In this document: piece by piece, positions 44,286-55,182 of the stretch | Position numbering within the stretch: position 1 is the first letter of the stretch | Layout: every line of letters begins with the position of its first letter | Origin: Rebecca billardiae RCC1528 | Lineage: Eukaryota; Protista; Haptophyta | Assembly: GCA_965240325.2 (NCBI GenBank) | Contig: OZ251230.1 | Span: forward strand, 1,302,001-1,366,000 | Direction of reading: 5' to 3' | DNA: 64,000 nucleotides | Position numbers and translations under genes: made by a program | The notes under the pieces: model-generated | What the model saw: only the letters and a program-made list of their open reading frames with translations | Told to the model about the DNA's origin: nothing | Database searches by the model: none

Positions 44286-45077
44286 ATGGCGTCCGCGTGC
44301 GCTGCCCTGGTCTTCTTGGCCCTGGCCCACTTGGCTGCCGCCGCGACTGCATTCACCCTCGCTCATGACCCCTCGCCGATCACACTTCGGCGGATGGGTG
44401 TGTGCGCCCGCGCGCGCGTGCTCTCGCGCGGCCGACAGGAGCGCGAGGGCGGCTCTGGCTTCGGCGGTGCCATCGGGGGCGCTGTCCTCGGTGGCCTGCT
44501 TGCTGGTCCATTTGGCGCGTTTTGGGGCGCGCAGCTGGGCGCATCCGTCGGAGTGAGCAACGCGGAGAAGCGTCAAGCTCAGCGCTCCCTAGAGCGCATG
44601 GGGCTGCGGCCGGAGGACCTCCAACTCGCCCAGGAGGTCGCCACGGATCTCCGCGAAGCCGAGGAGGCGCTCAAGATGGTGGGTGACGTTGCAGACGCGC
44701 AGAAGAAGCGCGTCGCCGCGCTGCAGGCTGACGCAGAGAAGGCATACGCCAAGGCACGTGACTGTCTGGCCGACGGCGACGAGAGCGGCGCTCGCCGCTG
44801 GCTCGAGCGTCGCAGTGACTTGCAGGCAGCCACAACGCGCGCGACCGAGGAACTGGCAGAGTCGGATGAGCGCACGCGTACCATGCAGCAGAACGTCCTG
44901 GCTCTCGCCGAGCGCGCGGCGAAGATCGAGCTGCTCATGAGCCGCTCTGTCTCGGCCGCTTCTGAGGCCCGCCGCTCTGCGCCCGATGACGTCCCACGTG
45001 GCGAGAGTGCAGCGGCCTCATACGAGCCGCTCGAGGATCCGTTGGAGGCGCGATTCCGAGAGCTCGAGGACAAGTGA
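44286..45077 (+). CDS. Probably plastid-targeted glycine-zipper + PspA/VIPP1-like coiled-coil protein
   Basis: Signal peptide ending ATA-F; GGAIGGAVLGGLLAGPFGAFWGAQLG; KARDCLADGDESGARRWLERR; DPLEARFRELE. Confidence 0.72.
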   Translation: MASACAALVFLALAHLAAAATAFTLAHDPSPITLRRMGVCARARVLSRGRQEREGGSGFGGAIGGAVLGGLLAGPFGAFWGAQLGASVGVSNAEKRQAQRSLERMGLRPEDLQLAQEVATDLREAEEALKMVGDVADAQKKRVAALQADAEKAYAKARDCLADGDESGARRWLERRSDLQAATTRATEELAESDERTRTMQQNVLALAERAAKIELLMSRSVSAASEARRSAPDDVPRGESAAASYEPLEDPLEARFRELEDK

Positions 45078-46033
45078 TGAGTGGGTCGCACTTGGAAGAG
45101 TATGTGGCGATGCAGTAGTATCATTATCCGCCGTAGTATATGTGTGAAGTCATACGCCCACAACGATGTACTGGCTCTGAATGTCGTGCCATGCGCGTGC
45201 GGCAACGATGATGTAGCCCGACCCGGCGGCGTCGGAGGCCCGCGAGGCCCGTGACGCGGGCTGTGACGCCAATTAAGCCTATATAGGCTATATATATATA
45301 CTCGTTTACCGGACGGAGTTCCGTCTCCGTCGTGGACACGGTCACGGCACGGCCGTATGCCCACAGCGCACTGCGCAGGCTTGGTTCGGAGCGTGCCGCG
45401 GCGGCGGCAGCGCAGCACAAAGTACTCCGGCCGCGGCTTCCGCGGCGGCCCGCATCAGCAATACCAGTTGTGCCAGGCTGAGTGTCTGGTCCGCGGAGAT
45501 TGATATGTCGTTATTGGCCGCGGATTCATCTGAGCCGGACTGCGAGTCGTCAGCCCAGTAGCTTATGGAGTATGCGTAAGCAGCTCCGAGGGATTGACAC
45601 CGTGCAAGACCCGTCGTATTGTGGCCGCGCACTCCGTAGCGCCATGAGAGTATTTAGTGACGTCTCACTTGCTTGTTGCTGTGCCAGCGGACCGGTTTTG
45701 GTGGTGTCAAAACGTGTGCACTGTTGGTTCGGCGTCCGCACATTTGACACCACTGTACGCGTACGCACGGGCATGGGTGCTTTCGCAGCGAGCAGATGAT
45801 GAGTGAGAGCACAAGGCGGCGCTGCCGTACCTGGCCTCCGCCTACTACCACGGTGTCAAGGCAAGATCCGACGCCGACTCCAGCGGAGTCGGCGTCGGAA
45901 CTTGCCTTGACACCCGGGACTCCGCTGGAGTCGGCGACCCTGACCACCCTTGATGGCGGTGTCTTTCTACCGCCCGGCGTTGCCGCTGGAGGAAAAGTTA
46001 CCAGCTGCAGCCTGGGGCTCTGCAGTACGGTAC

Positions 46034-46091
46034 TCTCGATTGCCTGCTTGAGCTGTGTGCATCTCTTATCTTAGTAAACTGTTCTGTACCC
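46034..46091 (-). repeat. Dispersed ~50-bp repeat, copy D
   Basis: Reverse complement GGGTACAGAACAGTTTACTAAGATAAGAGATGCACACAGCTCAAGCAGGCAATCGAGA. Confidence 0.85.
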
Positions 46092-46398
46092 ACTCCATAT
46101 CTGTACGCAGGCGGAGCTGCCGCCGTCCTCCGCCGCCTCGGGTAACGAGAATCAGACATCATCAACCTCTTTCCAGTCGACGGGTCAGACATTATCGCAC
46201 AGGAAGGGAGCATCTTCTGGGGAATCGGTGGAGTCTAGGCGCCGAACCGTAAAGTATTGCACGTGTCTGCTCACGTTTTGCAGTTTGTAGTAGCAACCAG
46301 CCTGGTTTCCTCGTCGGTGCGCGAACTCAGCGGCTGGGGCGGCGGTCGTGCATCCCGGCCTGCATCCCACCAAAGTCACGCCGCCGTCCAACTGCAAG

Positions 46399-48012
46399 AT
46401 GCGCGCGCGCGACCTGGAGCTGCGCAAGGCGGAGGGGCTGGTGGGCGAGGCGGTCGCGGGGCTACCCCTCTCGCCGTTTCACCTCTCGGTCTGGCTCGCC
46501 GTCGCCACCGTCTTCGCTGCCTGTGGCTCGTCCAACATCATCGTGCCGTGGCTGGTGCAGTCGATGCGGCGCGTGCTGCACCTCGACCCGATCGAGGAGG
46601 GCGTCCTCTCCGGCTGCGTCTACAGCGGCATGGCGGTGGGTGCGGTGCTCATGGGCCCCGTCGCCGACCACTTTGGCAGGCGGCCGGTCGTCCTCGCCTC
46701 GATGGCCGCCGTGCTTTCGCTGCAAGTCTCCATCTCGCAGCTGTCGCACACGGTCTACATCGCACCCGTGCTCTTCGTGCGCGGCATCGCGTTGATCTGG
46801 GCCGAGTTCGTCTCCAAGCTGGTCCTCACCGAGATCGCCCCCCAGCGCCTGCGCGGCCTCCAGCTGAGCTCCGTCCACGCCATGTTCCAGCTCGGCGGCG
46901 TGCTCGCCACTCTGTACACGTTCATCTACGTCTTCTACCGCCGCCTCGCCGCCATCTCCGCGCTCTCGCCGTTCGTCGCTCTCGCGTGCGTCGCGGCGGG
47001 GCTTCCGGAGTCACCAATGTGGCTCCTGCAGGCCCGCGGCGTCCGCGCGGCGCGCGACGCCGTGCTCGAGATTGCGCGCCGCGCGCACGCCGACTCGCCC
47101 GCCCAGATGGACGCAGCGCCGATGCTCTCCTCCGACCTGCAGATCGAGGACGGCGACGGGTCATCGTCTTCGGGGGCGGACACGGAAACCATCCTCTCGG
47201 ACGACGTGCCGCGCTCGGACGAAATGCCCCAGTCGAAGCCTTCGTCGTCCTCCACGCTGTCGTCAGACGGCGAGCCGGCGGCGGCTGCAGCGGGCGGCGC
47301 GAGCAAGTCCAAGCTACTCAGCCTGCAGAGGCAGGTCTCGCGCGCGTCATCGCAAGTGCAGCTGATGCCGCAGGCGACGTGGCACGTGGCCAAGTCAATC
47401 TCGTCGCGCAGCCTGGACATGGTGACGCGCCTCCGCGAGGCCGACGCGCGCGCGAAGCTCCTCCGCGTCGCGCCGCCGCTGTGGATGATCGCGGCGTGGG
47501 CGACCCAGTCCTCGGACTTTCTCCTGCTCCGCTTCCTGCGCATGAGCGGATACGCGCATCTTGAGCGCGATCTATGCTTTGCCGCGTTCGGCGCCAAGCT
47601 GTGCGGCGGGCTACTTGCCGGCGCGATCGTCGATCGCATCGGGCGCACGCGACTGCTGTTCCCCACACTTGTGCTCAGCGCAGCCGGCTCGGCGCTGGTT
47701 GCCATCGCGCGCGGCGACGCGGCCCTGAGCGCGTCCGTCCTCCTCCTCTACCTGGCCTCGGAGGCCATGCAGGCGACGGCCTCGACGTACACGTACGAGG
47801 TGTTCAGCACGGAGACGCGCGCGTGCGCCGTGAGCGCGTGTGTCGCAATCTCGCGGCTGTCAGCGACCATCGCCGTCGGCCTCGGCCCGGCGCTCATGGA
47901 AGCCATCTCGCCAGCGGCGCCAATCATGCTGAACGCGGGGCTGTTCCTGATCGCGGCCGTGTGGACCGTCTTCTCGCTCCCAGCCGACACAACCAGCATG
48001 CCTCTGAGTTGA
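46399..48012 (+). CDS. MFS transporter (sugar-porter/SV2-like)
   Basis: GPVADHFGRR and IVDRIGRTR motif A, EIAPQRLRG, PESPMWL, YEVFSTETRA; two hydrophobic halves around a large Ser-rich loop. Confidence 0.9.
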   Translation: MRARDLELRKAEGLVGEAVAGLPLSPFHLSVWLAVATVFAACGSSNIIVPWLVQSMRRVLHLDPIEEGVLSGCVYSGMAVGAVLMGPVADHFGRRPVVLASMAAVLSLQVSISQLSHTVYIAPVLFVRGIALIWAEFVSKLVLTEIAPQRLRGLQLSSVHAMFQLGGVLATLYTFIYVFYRRLAAISALSPFVALACVAAGLPESPMWLLQARGVRAARDAVLEIARRAHADSPAQMDAAPMLSSDLQIEDGDGSSSSGADTETILSDDVPRSDEMPQSKPSSSSTLSSDGEPAAAAAGGASKSKLLSLQRQVSRASSQVQLMPQATWHVAKSISSRSLDMVTRLREADARAKLLRVAPPLWMIAAWATQSSDFLLLRFLRMSGYAHLERDLCFAAFGAKLCGGLLAGAIVDRIGRTRLLFPTLVLSAAGSALVAIARGDAALSASVLLLYLASEAMQATASTYTYEVFSTETRACAVSACVAISRLSATIAVGLGPALMEAISPAAPIMLNAGLFLIAAVWTVFSLPADTTSMPLS

Positions 48013-49234
48013 CCGGCGCCGCGTTGGCGGCAGCCTTCACTGTGCGTGGGGTTGGTCGGCAGCGAGGCGCACGCGCAGCAGTGGGCGGTGCACCATCCCG
48101 TACAACAAGAAGCGGTGAGCGGTTGGGCATCACGACATCTCGTGTAGTACCAGAAGAAGGCCATTGGCATCACTGCCACGCTCGGGCGGGCAGCAGGCGA
48201 TGGGCAGAGGGCATCGCGAACTACAGCAGCGGTCGACGTCGCGCGCCGCCGAGAGACGTGGCATTTACAGTGGGTTTGTTGATTCGGCGTCGCTTGCCGT
48301 CCTCATGCGCCATTGGCGGCGCAGCATGATTTGACCTGATGTAATTCAGCTTGATGATAAATGACAGATGATGTGATGGGTGCATCATCGCAAGCGCGGT
48401 GGTGGTAGGGCGGGCCAGCACGGGAGGGATGTGCGCATGGCATGGGCGCATCTGCCTCTCATGGCTTAGCACTACTCGTCGTCAGGGAGTGCTGAGTCAG
48501 CATATCACGCTGGCCGTAAGACCCCGGGCCGTAAGACGCGAGTCACGCTCTGTCTAGCAGCAAGCGCTTGGCCTGGTGCTGACTACTAATGGCAGGTGCA
48601 GGAGTCAGGTACCAGTGACCAGTCTCAGCAGCGGATGCACCGGCGAGGAGCGTATAGTAATGATGATGATGCGCGCGATTCATGGACATGATGGCGGCGG
48701 TCGTCGTCGCGTCTCTGATGTAGTTACGAGTCGCGTCGTCCGTGATCGCTTCATCAGAATAGCGCATACTACGTATCGTCCTGACAATATCGGCTGCTGC
48801 TGCGAATATATTCGTAGTGATGCTATACTACTACTACAGCATCCGAGTCTCATCGTCACGGCACAAAGACAGCGCGCAGATATCGAGGCACGCACATCGA
48901 GCACGGCGCCGGTGCAGCAGACGACTACGACTTATTTCACATCAGAAACACATATCATATTACGCGCACGCGATTATTATTTGCGTGCTGTCTATATATA
49001 CGTGTCGACTCTGATGATGGACCGCGCGCATATATATAAAGTCTCGTATACGTTATTGAATATATATATATATGCGATGACGTACTAACTGCTACGGCCG
49101 GATGATACTACTGCGCGCTATACACGACATCAACTGCTACAAGTACAAGCCGCCGCAGCAGCAGTCGCGACATGATTATCACATATATCATTGCAGCTGA
49201 CGACGGCGCGTAGCAGTCTCCGGCCTGGCACGAG

Positions 49235-50170
49235 TCATCGTCCATCGGGCCTCGGGTGGAGCGAGATCAGCACCGTGTTGGGCGTGTGAGCGCGCAGCAC
49301 GAGGGCGACGGTCAGCTCCGGCTTGTGCCCCAAGAGGGCAGCCTCGCCGTCACCGACTGTCTCGCCGCTCGTCAGCATGTCGATCTCCATTCCTGTGGGC
49401 AGCGTGAAGCCCTCTCCGCCCGTATCCACGGTCGAAGGATCTGCGCCCGCGTGCAGGAGCGCAGAGCAGACAGGCTCGTGCTCCATGATGGCCGCCCAGT
49501 GCAGCGCCGTCATGCCCTCGTCGTCACGCGCGTGCACGTCAGCCCGGGCTGCGAGGAGCGCGGCGACGGCCTCGTCGTGCCCCTCGATGGCCGCGAGGAT
49601 CAGTGCCGTCTGCCCACCGCCGCCCTTCATGTCGATCGGTGGCGCTCCGGGCGCACATGCCAGCAGCGTGCATGCTCGCGCCGCACCCTTGCTCGCCGCC
49701 ACGTGCAGCGGTGACTTTGGCTGCTCCGGCGGTCCGAAGCACACGGCGGTGTTACCCGCGCACACGTCGGCGACCGCGGTGAGTATGGCGCCGAGCACGC
49801 CCTCGTCGCCCGAGTACGCCGCGTGGTGCACCGGGGTCCATCCGCGGCTGTCCACCGTGCGCAGCAGCGCTCGCACAAAGCGCGGCTGCAGGGCGGCCAT
49901 GAGCTGCTCGACGATGCCGGCGTGCCCGTGCGAGCAGGCCAGAGCGAGCGGGCTGCGGTTGAACTGATCGAAGCTCAGAGGCTCTGCATCGTATCGGAGC
50001 AGCAGCTTCACGCCCTCGCCCGAGCCCAGGGCGGCGCCCATGTGCAGGGGTGTGGCCTTGTTGAGCAAGTTCGCGTTTGGATCGTGCCGCTTCGTCCGTA
50101 GCGCGTCTTCGAGCGTTTGCAGGTCGCCCTCGGGCGCCAGCACCTGCGAGTAGAAGGTGCTCGCCAACAT
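49235..50170 (-). CDS. Ankyrin-repeat protein
   Basis: TPLHMGA, SPLALAC, GWTPVHHAA, SPLHVAA, GQTALILAA, GMTALHWAA. Confidence 0.92.
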   Translation of the reverse strand: MLASTFYSQVLAPEGDLQTLEDALRTKRHDPNANLLNKATPLHMGAALGSGEGVKLLLRYDAEPLSFDQFNRSPLALACSHGHAGIVEQLMAALQPRFVRALLRTVDSRGWTPVHHAAYSGDEGVLGAILTAVADVCAGNTAVCFGPPEQPKSPLHVAASKGAARACTLLACAPGAPPIDMKGGGGQTALILAAIEGHDEAVAALLAARADVHARDDEGMTALHWAAIMEHEPVCSALLHAGADPSTVDTGGEGFTLPTGMEIDMLTSGETVGDGEAALLGHKPELTVALVLRAHTPNTVLISLHPRPDGR

Positions 50171-50424
50171 GGTCCTTTCACTCCGTTACGCGGTCCGCCA
50201 GGCGCTCGCGTCCGATTCGGGGCCAGCCGCGCGCACGTCGGCTTTGGCCGGGCGCGCCCGATGTCACGCCCGACGATGCCTGTCCTTGGCAGTCCGGTGG
50301 CTGTGTTCATTTTGGAGCTCCGCCAGCTTGACGATCACGATGCCGCCGGGCGCGGACCGGCGCCCTCGCGCATCCATGGACAGGCGCGGACAGCGCAATC
50401 TGAGCAGTAGCTATGGAGAGCTCT

Positions 50425-50468
50425 CTTCATGGCTAGCACCTCTGCGCTTCATGGCTAGCACCTCTGCG
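50425..50468. repeat. Tandem 2 x 22-bp repeat CTTCATGGCTAGCACCTCTGCG
   Basis: Seen directly at 50425 and 50447. Confidence 0.85.
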
Positions 50469-50790
50469 CGCTGCACCTCTGCATTCCATCGCAGTGCGCA
50501 CAACATTCAATCAACAGCCGAGTCACGAATGTCAATGAGAATCGCCGTCCGTGAGTGAGGCGAACGCGGAACGGCCAGCAGTCGCCCGCGCCCGCAGGCC
50601 GCTATGGTCGCGGCACCGGCCCGCTCGGCGACTGCTGCGGGCTGACCGTTCGCCACTGCACTGTGCCGCGGGCGAAGCGGACTGCCGCCCCTGCCATCCT
50701 GGACCGGCGGCCGCCCTAGGCGCGGCCAACTCAAACGCGGCATGCCGAAACGCGGAGTCGGGAACTCGCCACGCAGGCCGTGAATGCGGT

Positions 50791-53700
50791 CTAACTTTGG
50801 TGTCGCCGGTTGCTCTGCGCCAATGGCATGCCGGAGAGCGCTGCCACCGCGGGCCCCGCTCCTGCTCCGGGCACCCCTCCAGAGGGTGCGAGCGCGAGCA
50901 CCGCTGCGGGCAGGCGGGGTGCGGCAGCGCCGTACGCCTTGGCCGTCGCATCCGCACTGCGGCTCGAGCACGTCGGCCCCGCTGCCCGCCGCGCCTGCAG
51001 GCTGGGCGCGGCGTGCGCGCCGCACGGCTGGGCGGGGAGCGGACCAGCTGCCGACGCCGGCGCCGCCGCCGCCGCGGCCACGGGTACCGCTGGCCTTGGC
51101 GCACGATGCGCGCCCGCCGCGTACTGTGCCGCGCGCCTGTGCGCGTGCGCGGTGGAGGCCGCTGCAGCCGCAGGCGGCGGCGGCGTGCGTGGCGCGACGA
51201 GCTGTAGAGCTGCCAGCTGCTGCAGCCGCTCATGAAGCTGCGCCCTTGGGCTCTGGACAGCCCCCATGGCGGATCCGGCCCCCGCCGCCGCCGCCGAGCA
51301 CGCTCGGAGCACGCGCGAGCGCGCCGCCGGCGTGCTGAACGCCGAGTCGGCCTCCGCCTCAGCCTCGGGGCCGAGCCCTTCTTGCGATTCCGAGGCCGCG
51401 GCGCGCTCGGCGGCGGCAGCGCCCGCGGCGCGCTCGCCCGCGGCGCCCTCAGGCGTGGCCATGGCGGCGGTGGCCGCTGCCGGCGGCAGCGCCGTCCCTG
51501 CGAGCGCGCCGTGGGAGGACCGGTGCAACCGCTGTGCGGCGGCTGCAGGCATCGCACCGCGGGGCGGCGAGGCCGCGTCAGCGGCGTCGGTGGCGCCAGC
51601 GGCGTCGGCTGTGCCGCAATGCGCCGCGCCCGCTCGCCACGCCGAAGTCGGCGAGGGCAGCGTCGGCGGCGCCACCCCACCCGGCGGCGGCGGCGGCGCG
51701 CGCTGCGCCGCCGCCTCCGCCTCGGCCGCGGCCGTGGCGGCGGCTGGCGGCGCCGGTCTCGATCGGAGCTCGACCAGCACGGACAGCTCGGCCTCGAGCT
51801 GGACGATGCGCGCGTGCAGCGCGGCGCGCTCGTCGACGGCCGCGAGCGCGTCCGCCTCGCGCGCCGCGTCGCTCGCCGCGCGCGCCGCCTCGGCCTGCGC
51901 CAGAGCCGCCGCCGCGGCCGCGTGCTCGGCGGCGGCAGCGTCCGCGGCCGCGCTGGCATCGGCCGCGCCGCGCAGCGCGCTGGCGAGCTGAGAGCGGAGT
52001 GAGTCCGCCTCGGCGCTGAGCGACTCGTCCAGCTCGTCGGCGCGCGCGCGCGCCTCGCGCACCTCGCGCGCGCTCGCCTCCTCCGCCGCCGCGGCGCGCG
52101 CCGCCGCCGCCGCCTCGGCCTGCGCCGCGCGCGCGCGCAACGCCTCCTCCGAAGTGGCGCGCTGCCGTTGCGCCAGGGCGCGCTCGGCGGCGCGCTCGTC
52201 CTCGGCGGCGCGAAGCTGGGCGCGGAGCGCGTCGCACGCGCGCTCGAGCTGCTCCGCGCGCTCCTGCGCCGCCGCGGCCGCCGTCGCGTGCGCGCCCAGC
52301 TGCGCCGCGAGCGCGGGCGCGCGCTCAGCCGCGTCGGCCGCCGCGCGCGCCGCGCCGTCCGCCGCGGCCGCGGCCGCGCTGCCGAGCGCATCCGCGGCGC
52401 GCTGCGCCTCCGCGAGCTGCGTCGCGAGCGGCGCGGCGGCGTCGAAGGCGGCGAGCGCGGCGCGCTCGGCGGCGAGCCGCCCGGCCGTCGCCGCGTCGCG
52501 CTCCGCGCGCGCCTCAACGCACGCCGCCTCGGCGCGCGCCGCGTCCGCGTCGCGCGCCGCCAGCGCCGCGACGGCTTCATGTGCGGCGCGCGCGGCGACG
52601 GCTGCGGCGGCGCGCAGCTCCGCGGCCGCGGCCTCGGCGGCCTTGGCGCGCTGGTCGGCCTCGCGCTCGGCGTCGGCCGCGCCGCGCGCGCGCGCCTCCG
52701 CCGCCGCGACGCCCTCCGAGCGCGCGCGCTCCGCCGCCGCCGCGCGCGTCTCCGCCGCCTCCGCCTCCGCGCGCGCCGCCGCCTCGGCCGCGCGCGCGCG
52801 ATCCGCCGCGGCGTCGGCCGCCGCGCACGCCATGCGCGCCGACGCCGCGTCGTGCGCGGCGGTCTCGGCGAGGGCGTGGGCGCGGGTGCGCTCGGCCGCG
52901 GCGGTGGAGAGCGCGTCCGACGCCGCCGCGGCGCGCGCCTCCGCCTCCACCGCGCGCTGCTCCGCCTCGAGCGCGCGCCGCTCGGCCGCGGCCGCGCGCG
53001 CCTCAGACGCGGCCGCGGCCGCGGCCGCGCGCGCCGCGCGCGCGGCCGTGGCTTCGGCCTCCTCCTCGGCGGCGAGGCGCGCGGCGAGCGCGGCGGCGGC
53101 GTCGGCCTCGGCGTGCGCGACCTCCGCCTGCGCCGCCGCCGCGCTCGCCTCCGCCCCCGCCCTCGCCTCCGCCGCGCCGCGCGCCTCCGCCTCCAAGTCG
53201 GCCGCGCGCGCCGCCCATAGCCCGTGCTCAAGAGAGGCCTGTCGCTGAGACTCGTGCGCACCTGCCTGGGTGTCCTCTGCGGCGCGGAGGGACTCGGCGG
53301 CGCGCGCGCGCGCGTCGGCGGCGGCGGCGGCGTGTGCGGACGCCTCGGTGCGCCACGCCTCCGCCTCGCTCCGGGCGTCCGCCGCCTCCGCCGCCGCCGC
53401 CGCCGCCGCCGCCTCCGCGGCGGCCGCGCGGCCGTCGGCACGCGCGCCGTCCGCGGCCGCCGCCTCCGCGCGCGCGCTCGCGTGCGCCGCCGCTCGGACC
53501 GCCGCGCTCTCGCCCTCGCGGGCGGAGGCCGCGTCGGCGCGCGCCCGGCGCGTCGCGCCCTCGAGCCGCCCCACCTCCGCGTCCGCGTCCGCCAGCGCAT
53601 CCCGCACGCACCCCACCGCCACCAGCGCCGCCGAGCGCTGATCGAGCGCGCTCGCCGCCGCCGCCTCCGCGGCGCGCGTGTCGGCATGCAACGCACTCAG

Positions 53701-55020
53701 CCGCGCGCCGAGCACGCGCGCCGCCTCGTCGCGCCGGGCGTCGGCGGCGTCGGCGAGCGCGTCGGCGCGCGCGCGCGCCTCGGTCGCCTCGCGCTCGCGC
53801 GCGCTGCTCGCCGCCGCCTCCTCCAGCGCGCGCCGCGCCACGCCCCGCGCCCGCTGCTCCAAGCGCTCGGACTCGCCGAGCGAGCCAAGCGCGCACGCGC
53901 GCTCGGCGCGCGTGCGCGCGTGCGCCGCGCGCTCGGCGGTGAGCGCGCGCGCGACGTGGAGCGCGGCGTCGCGCGAGGCGTCCGCGTCCTCGAGCGCGCC
54001 GCGCAGCGCGTCGCGCTCCACGCACGCGCCGAGCCCGCGCGCCGCGCTCTCCTGCGCCCGCTGAAGCTGGAGCCTTAGGCTGTCAGCGTCTGCGCGCGCG
54101 GACGCGGCGTCGGCGCGCACGCGCGTGCGCTCCGCGCGCGCAGACGCGTCGGCGTCGGCGGCGCGGCCGAGCTCGCGCTCGGCCGCGTCCGCCACGCTCC
54201 GCGCCGCCTGCGCGCGCCGCCGCGCCTCGCCCAGCTCCGCCTCCGCCGCGCTCAGCTCGTCGCGCACAGCGCTGAGCTCGGCGCGAGCGCGCGAGGCCGC
54301 GCCCACGCCCGTGGCGCCGGCCGCGCGCGCGCGCGCCGCGTCCGCCTCGGCGCGCTCGCGGGCGAGGCGCTCCTCCTCGAGCGCGTCGAGCAGCGCATCC
54401 CGCTCCTCGGACGCCCGCGCCTCCAGCTCGGCGTGCGCGCCGCGTGCACTGCGCGCCTCGTCCCGCGCCGCGCGCGCAGAGGCATCTGCGCTCGCGGCTG
54501 CGCGGCGCGCCTCGCCCACCGCGGCGGCGGCGCGTGCGGCCGCCTGCTCGACGAGCGGCAGCGCGTCAGCAGGCAGCCCGAGCTCCGCAGCACGCGCAGG
54601 GAGGGCCCTGCGCAGCGCCTCGAGCTGCGCGCGCAGCTGATCGGCCTGCGCGTCGCTGGCTGCCTTGGCCGCCTGCGCCGACTCGATCGCAGCCTGCAGC
54701 GCCGCGAACCGGCGCCGAGAGGCCTCGCGCGCCGTGGAAGCGCGCCCGCCGATGCCTGCGTGCTCGGCCGATCCGACGAGCTTCTCCAGCCCATCGGACG
54801 CGAGCGAGGCCAGCTCCGCCTGCAGGTGCTCCGCGCGGCGCTCGGCCTCGCGACGAGCGCGCCGGTGCTGCTCGCCCGCCGCGCGCGCGGCCGTGAGCGC
54901 ATCGCGGGTCGAGCCGAGCTGCAGCTCGGCATCAGCGAGGCGGCGCGGTAGCGCGTGGACGTCCGCCGCCTCGCGCTGTGCTCGACGCACCGCCGCCCCC
55001 GCGGCGCCCGCCGTGCTCAT
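50791..55020 (-). CDS. Very long Ala/Glu/Arg-rich coiled-coil protein
   Basis: About 1400 codons open from ATG 55020; helical A/E/R/L composition, unlike the Arg/Pro shadow frames. Confidence 0.75.
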   Translation of the reverse strand: MSTAGAAGAAVRRAQREAADVHALPRRLADAELQLGSTRDALTAARAAGEQHRRARREAERRAEHLQAELASLASDGLEKLVGSAEHAGIGGRASTAREASRRRFAALQAAIESAQAAKAASDAQADQLRAQLEALRRALPARAAELGLPADALPLVEQAAARAAAAVGEARRAAASADASARAARDEARSARGAHAELEARASEERDALLDALEEERLARERAEADAARARAAGATGVGAASRARAELSAVRDELSAAEAELGEARRRAQAARSVADAAERELGRAADADASARAERTRVRADAASARADADSLRLQLQRAQESAARGLGACVERDALRGALEDADASRDAALHVARALTAERAAHARTRAERACALGSLGESERLEQRARGVARRALEEAAASSAREREATEARARADALADAADARRDEAARVLGARLSALHADTRAAEAAAASALDQRSAALVAVGCVRDALADADAEVGRLEGATRRARADAASAREGESAAVRAAAHASARAEAAAADGARADGRAAAAEAAAAAAAAEAADARSEAEAWRTEASAHAAAAADARARAAESLRAAEDTQAGAHESQRQASLEHGLWAARAADLEAEARGAAEARAGAEASAAAAQAEVAHAEADAAAALAARLAAEEEAEATAARAARAAAAAAASEARAAAAERRALEAEQRAVEAEARAAAASDALSTAAAERTRAHALAETAAHDAASARMACAAADAAADRARAAEAAARAEAEAAETRAAAAERARSEGVAAAEARARGAADAEREADQRAKAAEAAAAELRAAAAVAARAAHEAVAALAARDADAARAEAACVEARAERDAATAGRLAAERAALAAFDAAAPLATQLAEAQRAADALGSAAAAAADGAARAAADAAERAPALAAQLGAHATAAAAAQERAEQLERACDALRAQLRAAEDERAAERALAQRQRATSEEALRARAAQAEAAAAARAAAAEEASAREVREARARADELDESLSAEADSLRSQLASALRGAADASAAADAAAAEHAAAAAALAQAEAARAASDAAREADALAAVDERAALHARIVQLEAELSVLVELRSRPAPPAAATAAAEAEAAAQRAPPPPPGGVAPPTLPSPTSAWRAGAAHCGTADAAGATDAADAASPPRGAMPAAAAQRLHRSSHGALAGTALPPAAATAAMATPEGAAGERAAGAAAAERAAASESQEGLGPEAEAEADSAFSTPAARSRVLRACSAAAAGAGSAMGAVQSPRAQLHERLQQLAALQLVAPRTPPPPAAAAASTAHAHRRAAQYAAGAHRAPRPAVPVAAAAAAPASAAGPLPAQPCGAHAAPSLQARRAAGPTCSSRSADATAKAYGAAAPRLPAAVLALAPSGGVPGAGAGPAVAALSGMPLAQSNRRHQS

Positions 55021-55182
55021 CCGTGCACGACGCGCATGCGTGCTCTCCGCTTTCAATCGTGCAGCTCTCGAGCCGTCGAGGCAGCTCAACCGGCCAGTGC
55101 TTCCGGCCCGGACCAGAAGACTGCGTCCGGTGAGGGCGGGACGGCACCGGCCCCAGCCGCCTGGCTCGCCGGGCGCCCGGGC

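Noticed and set aside
50532-53696. 1054-aa Arg/Pro-rich ORF and similar long overlapping ORFs (e.g. 1144-3036, 13925-15853, 27810-29585, 34377-35966)
   Set aside because: Shadow frames of real genes; stop codons are rare at this GC content and no motifs are present.
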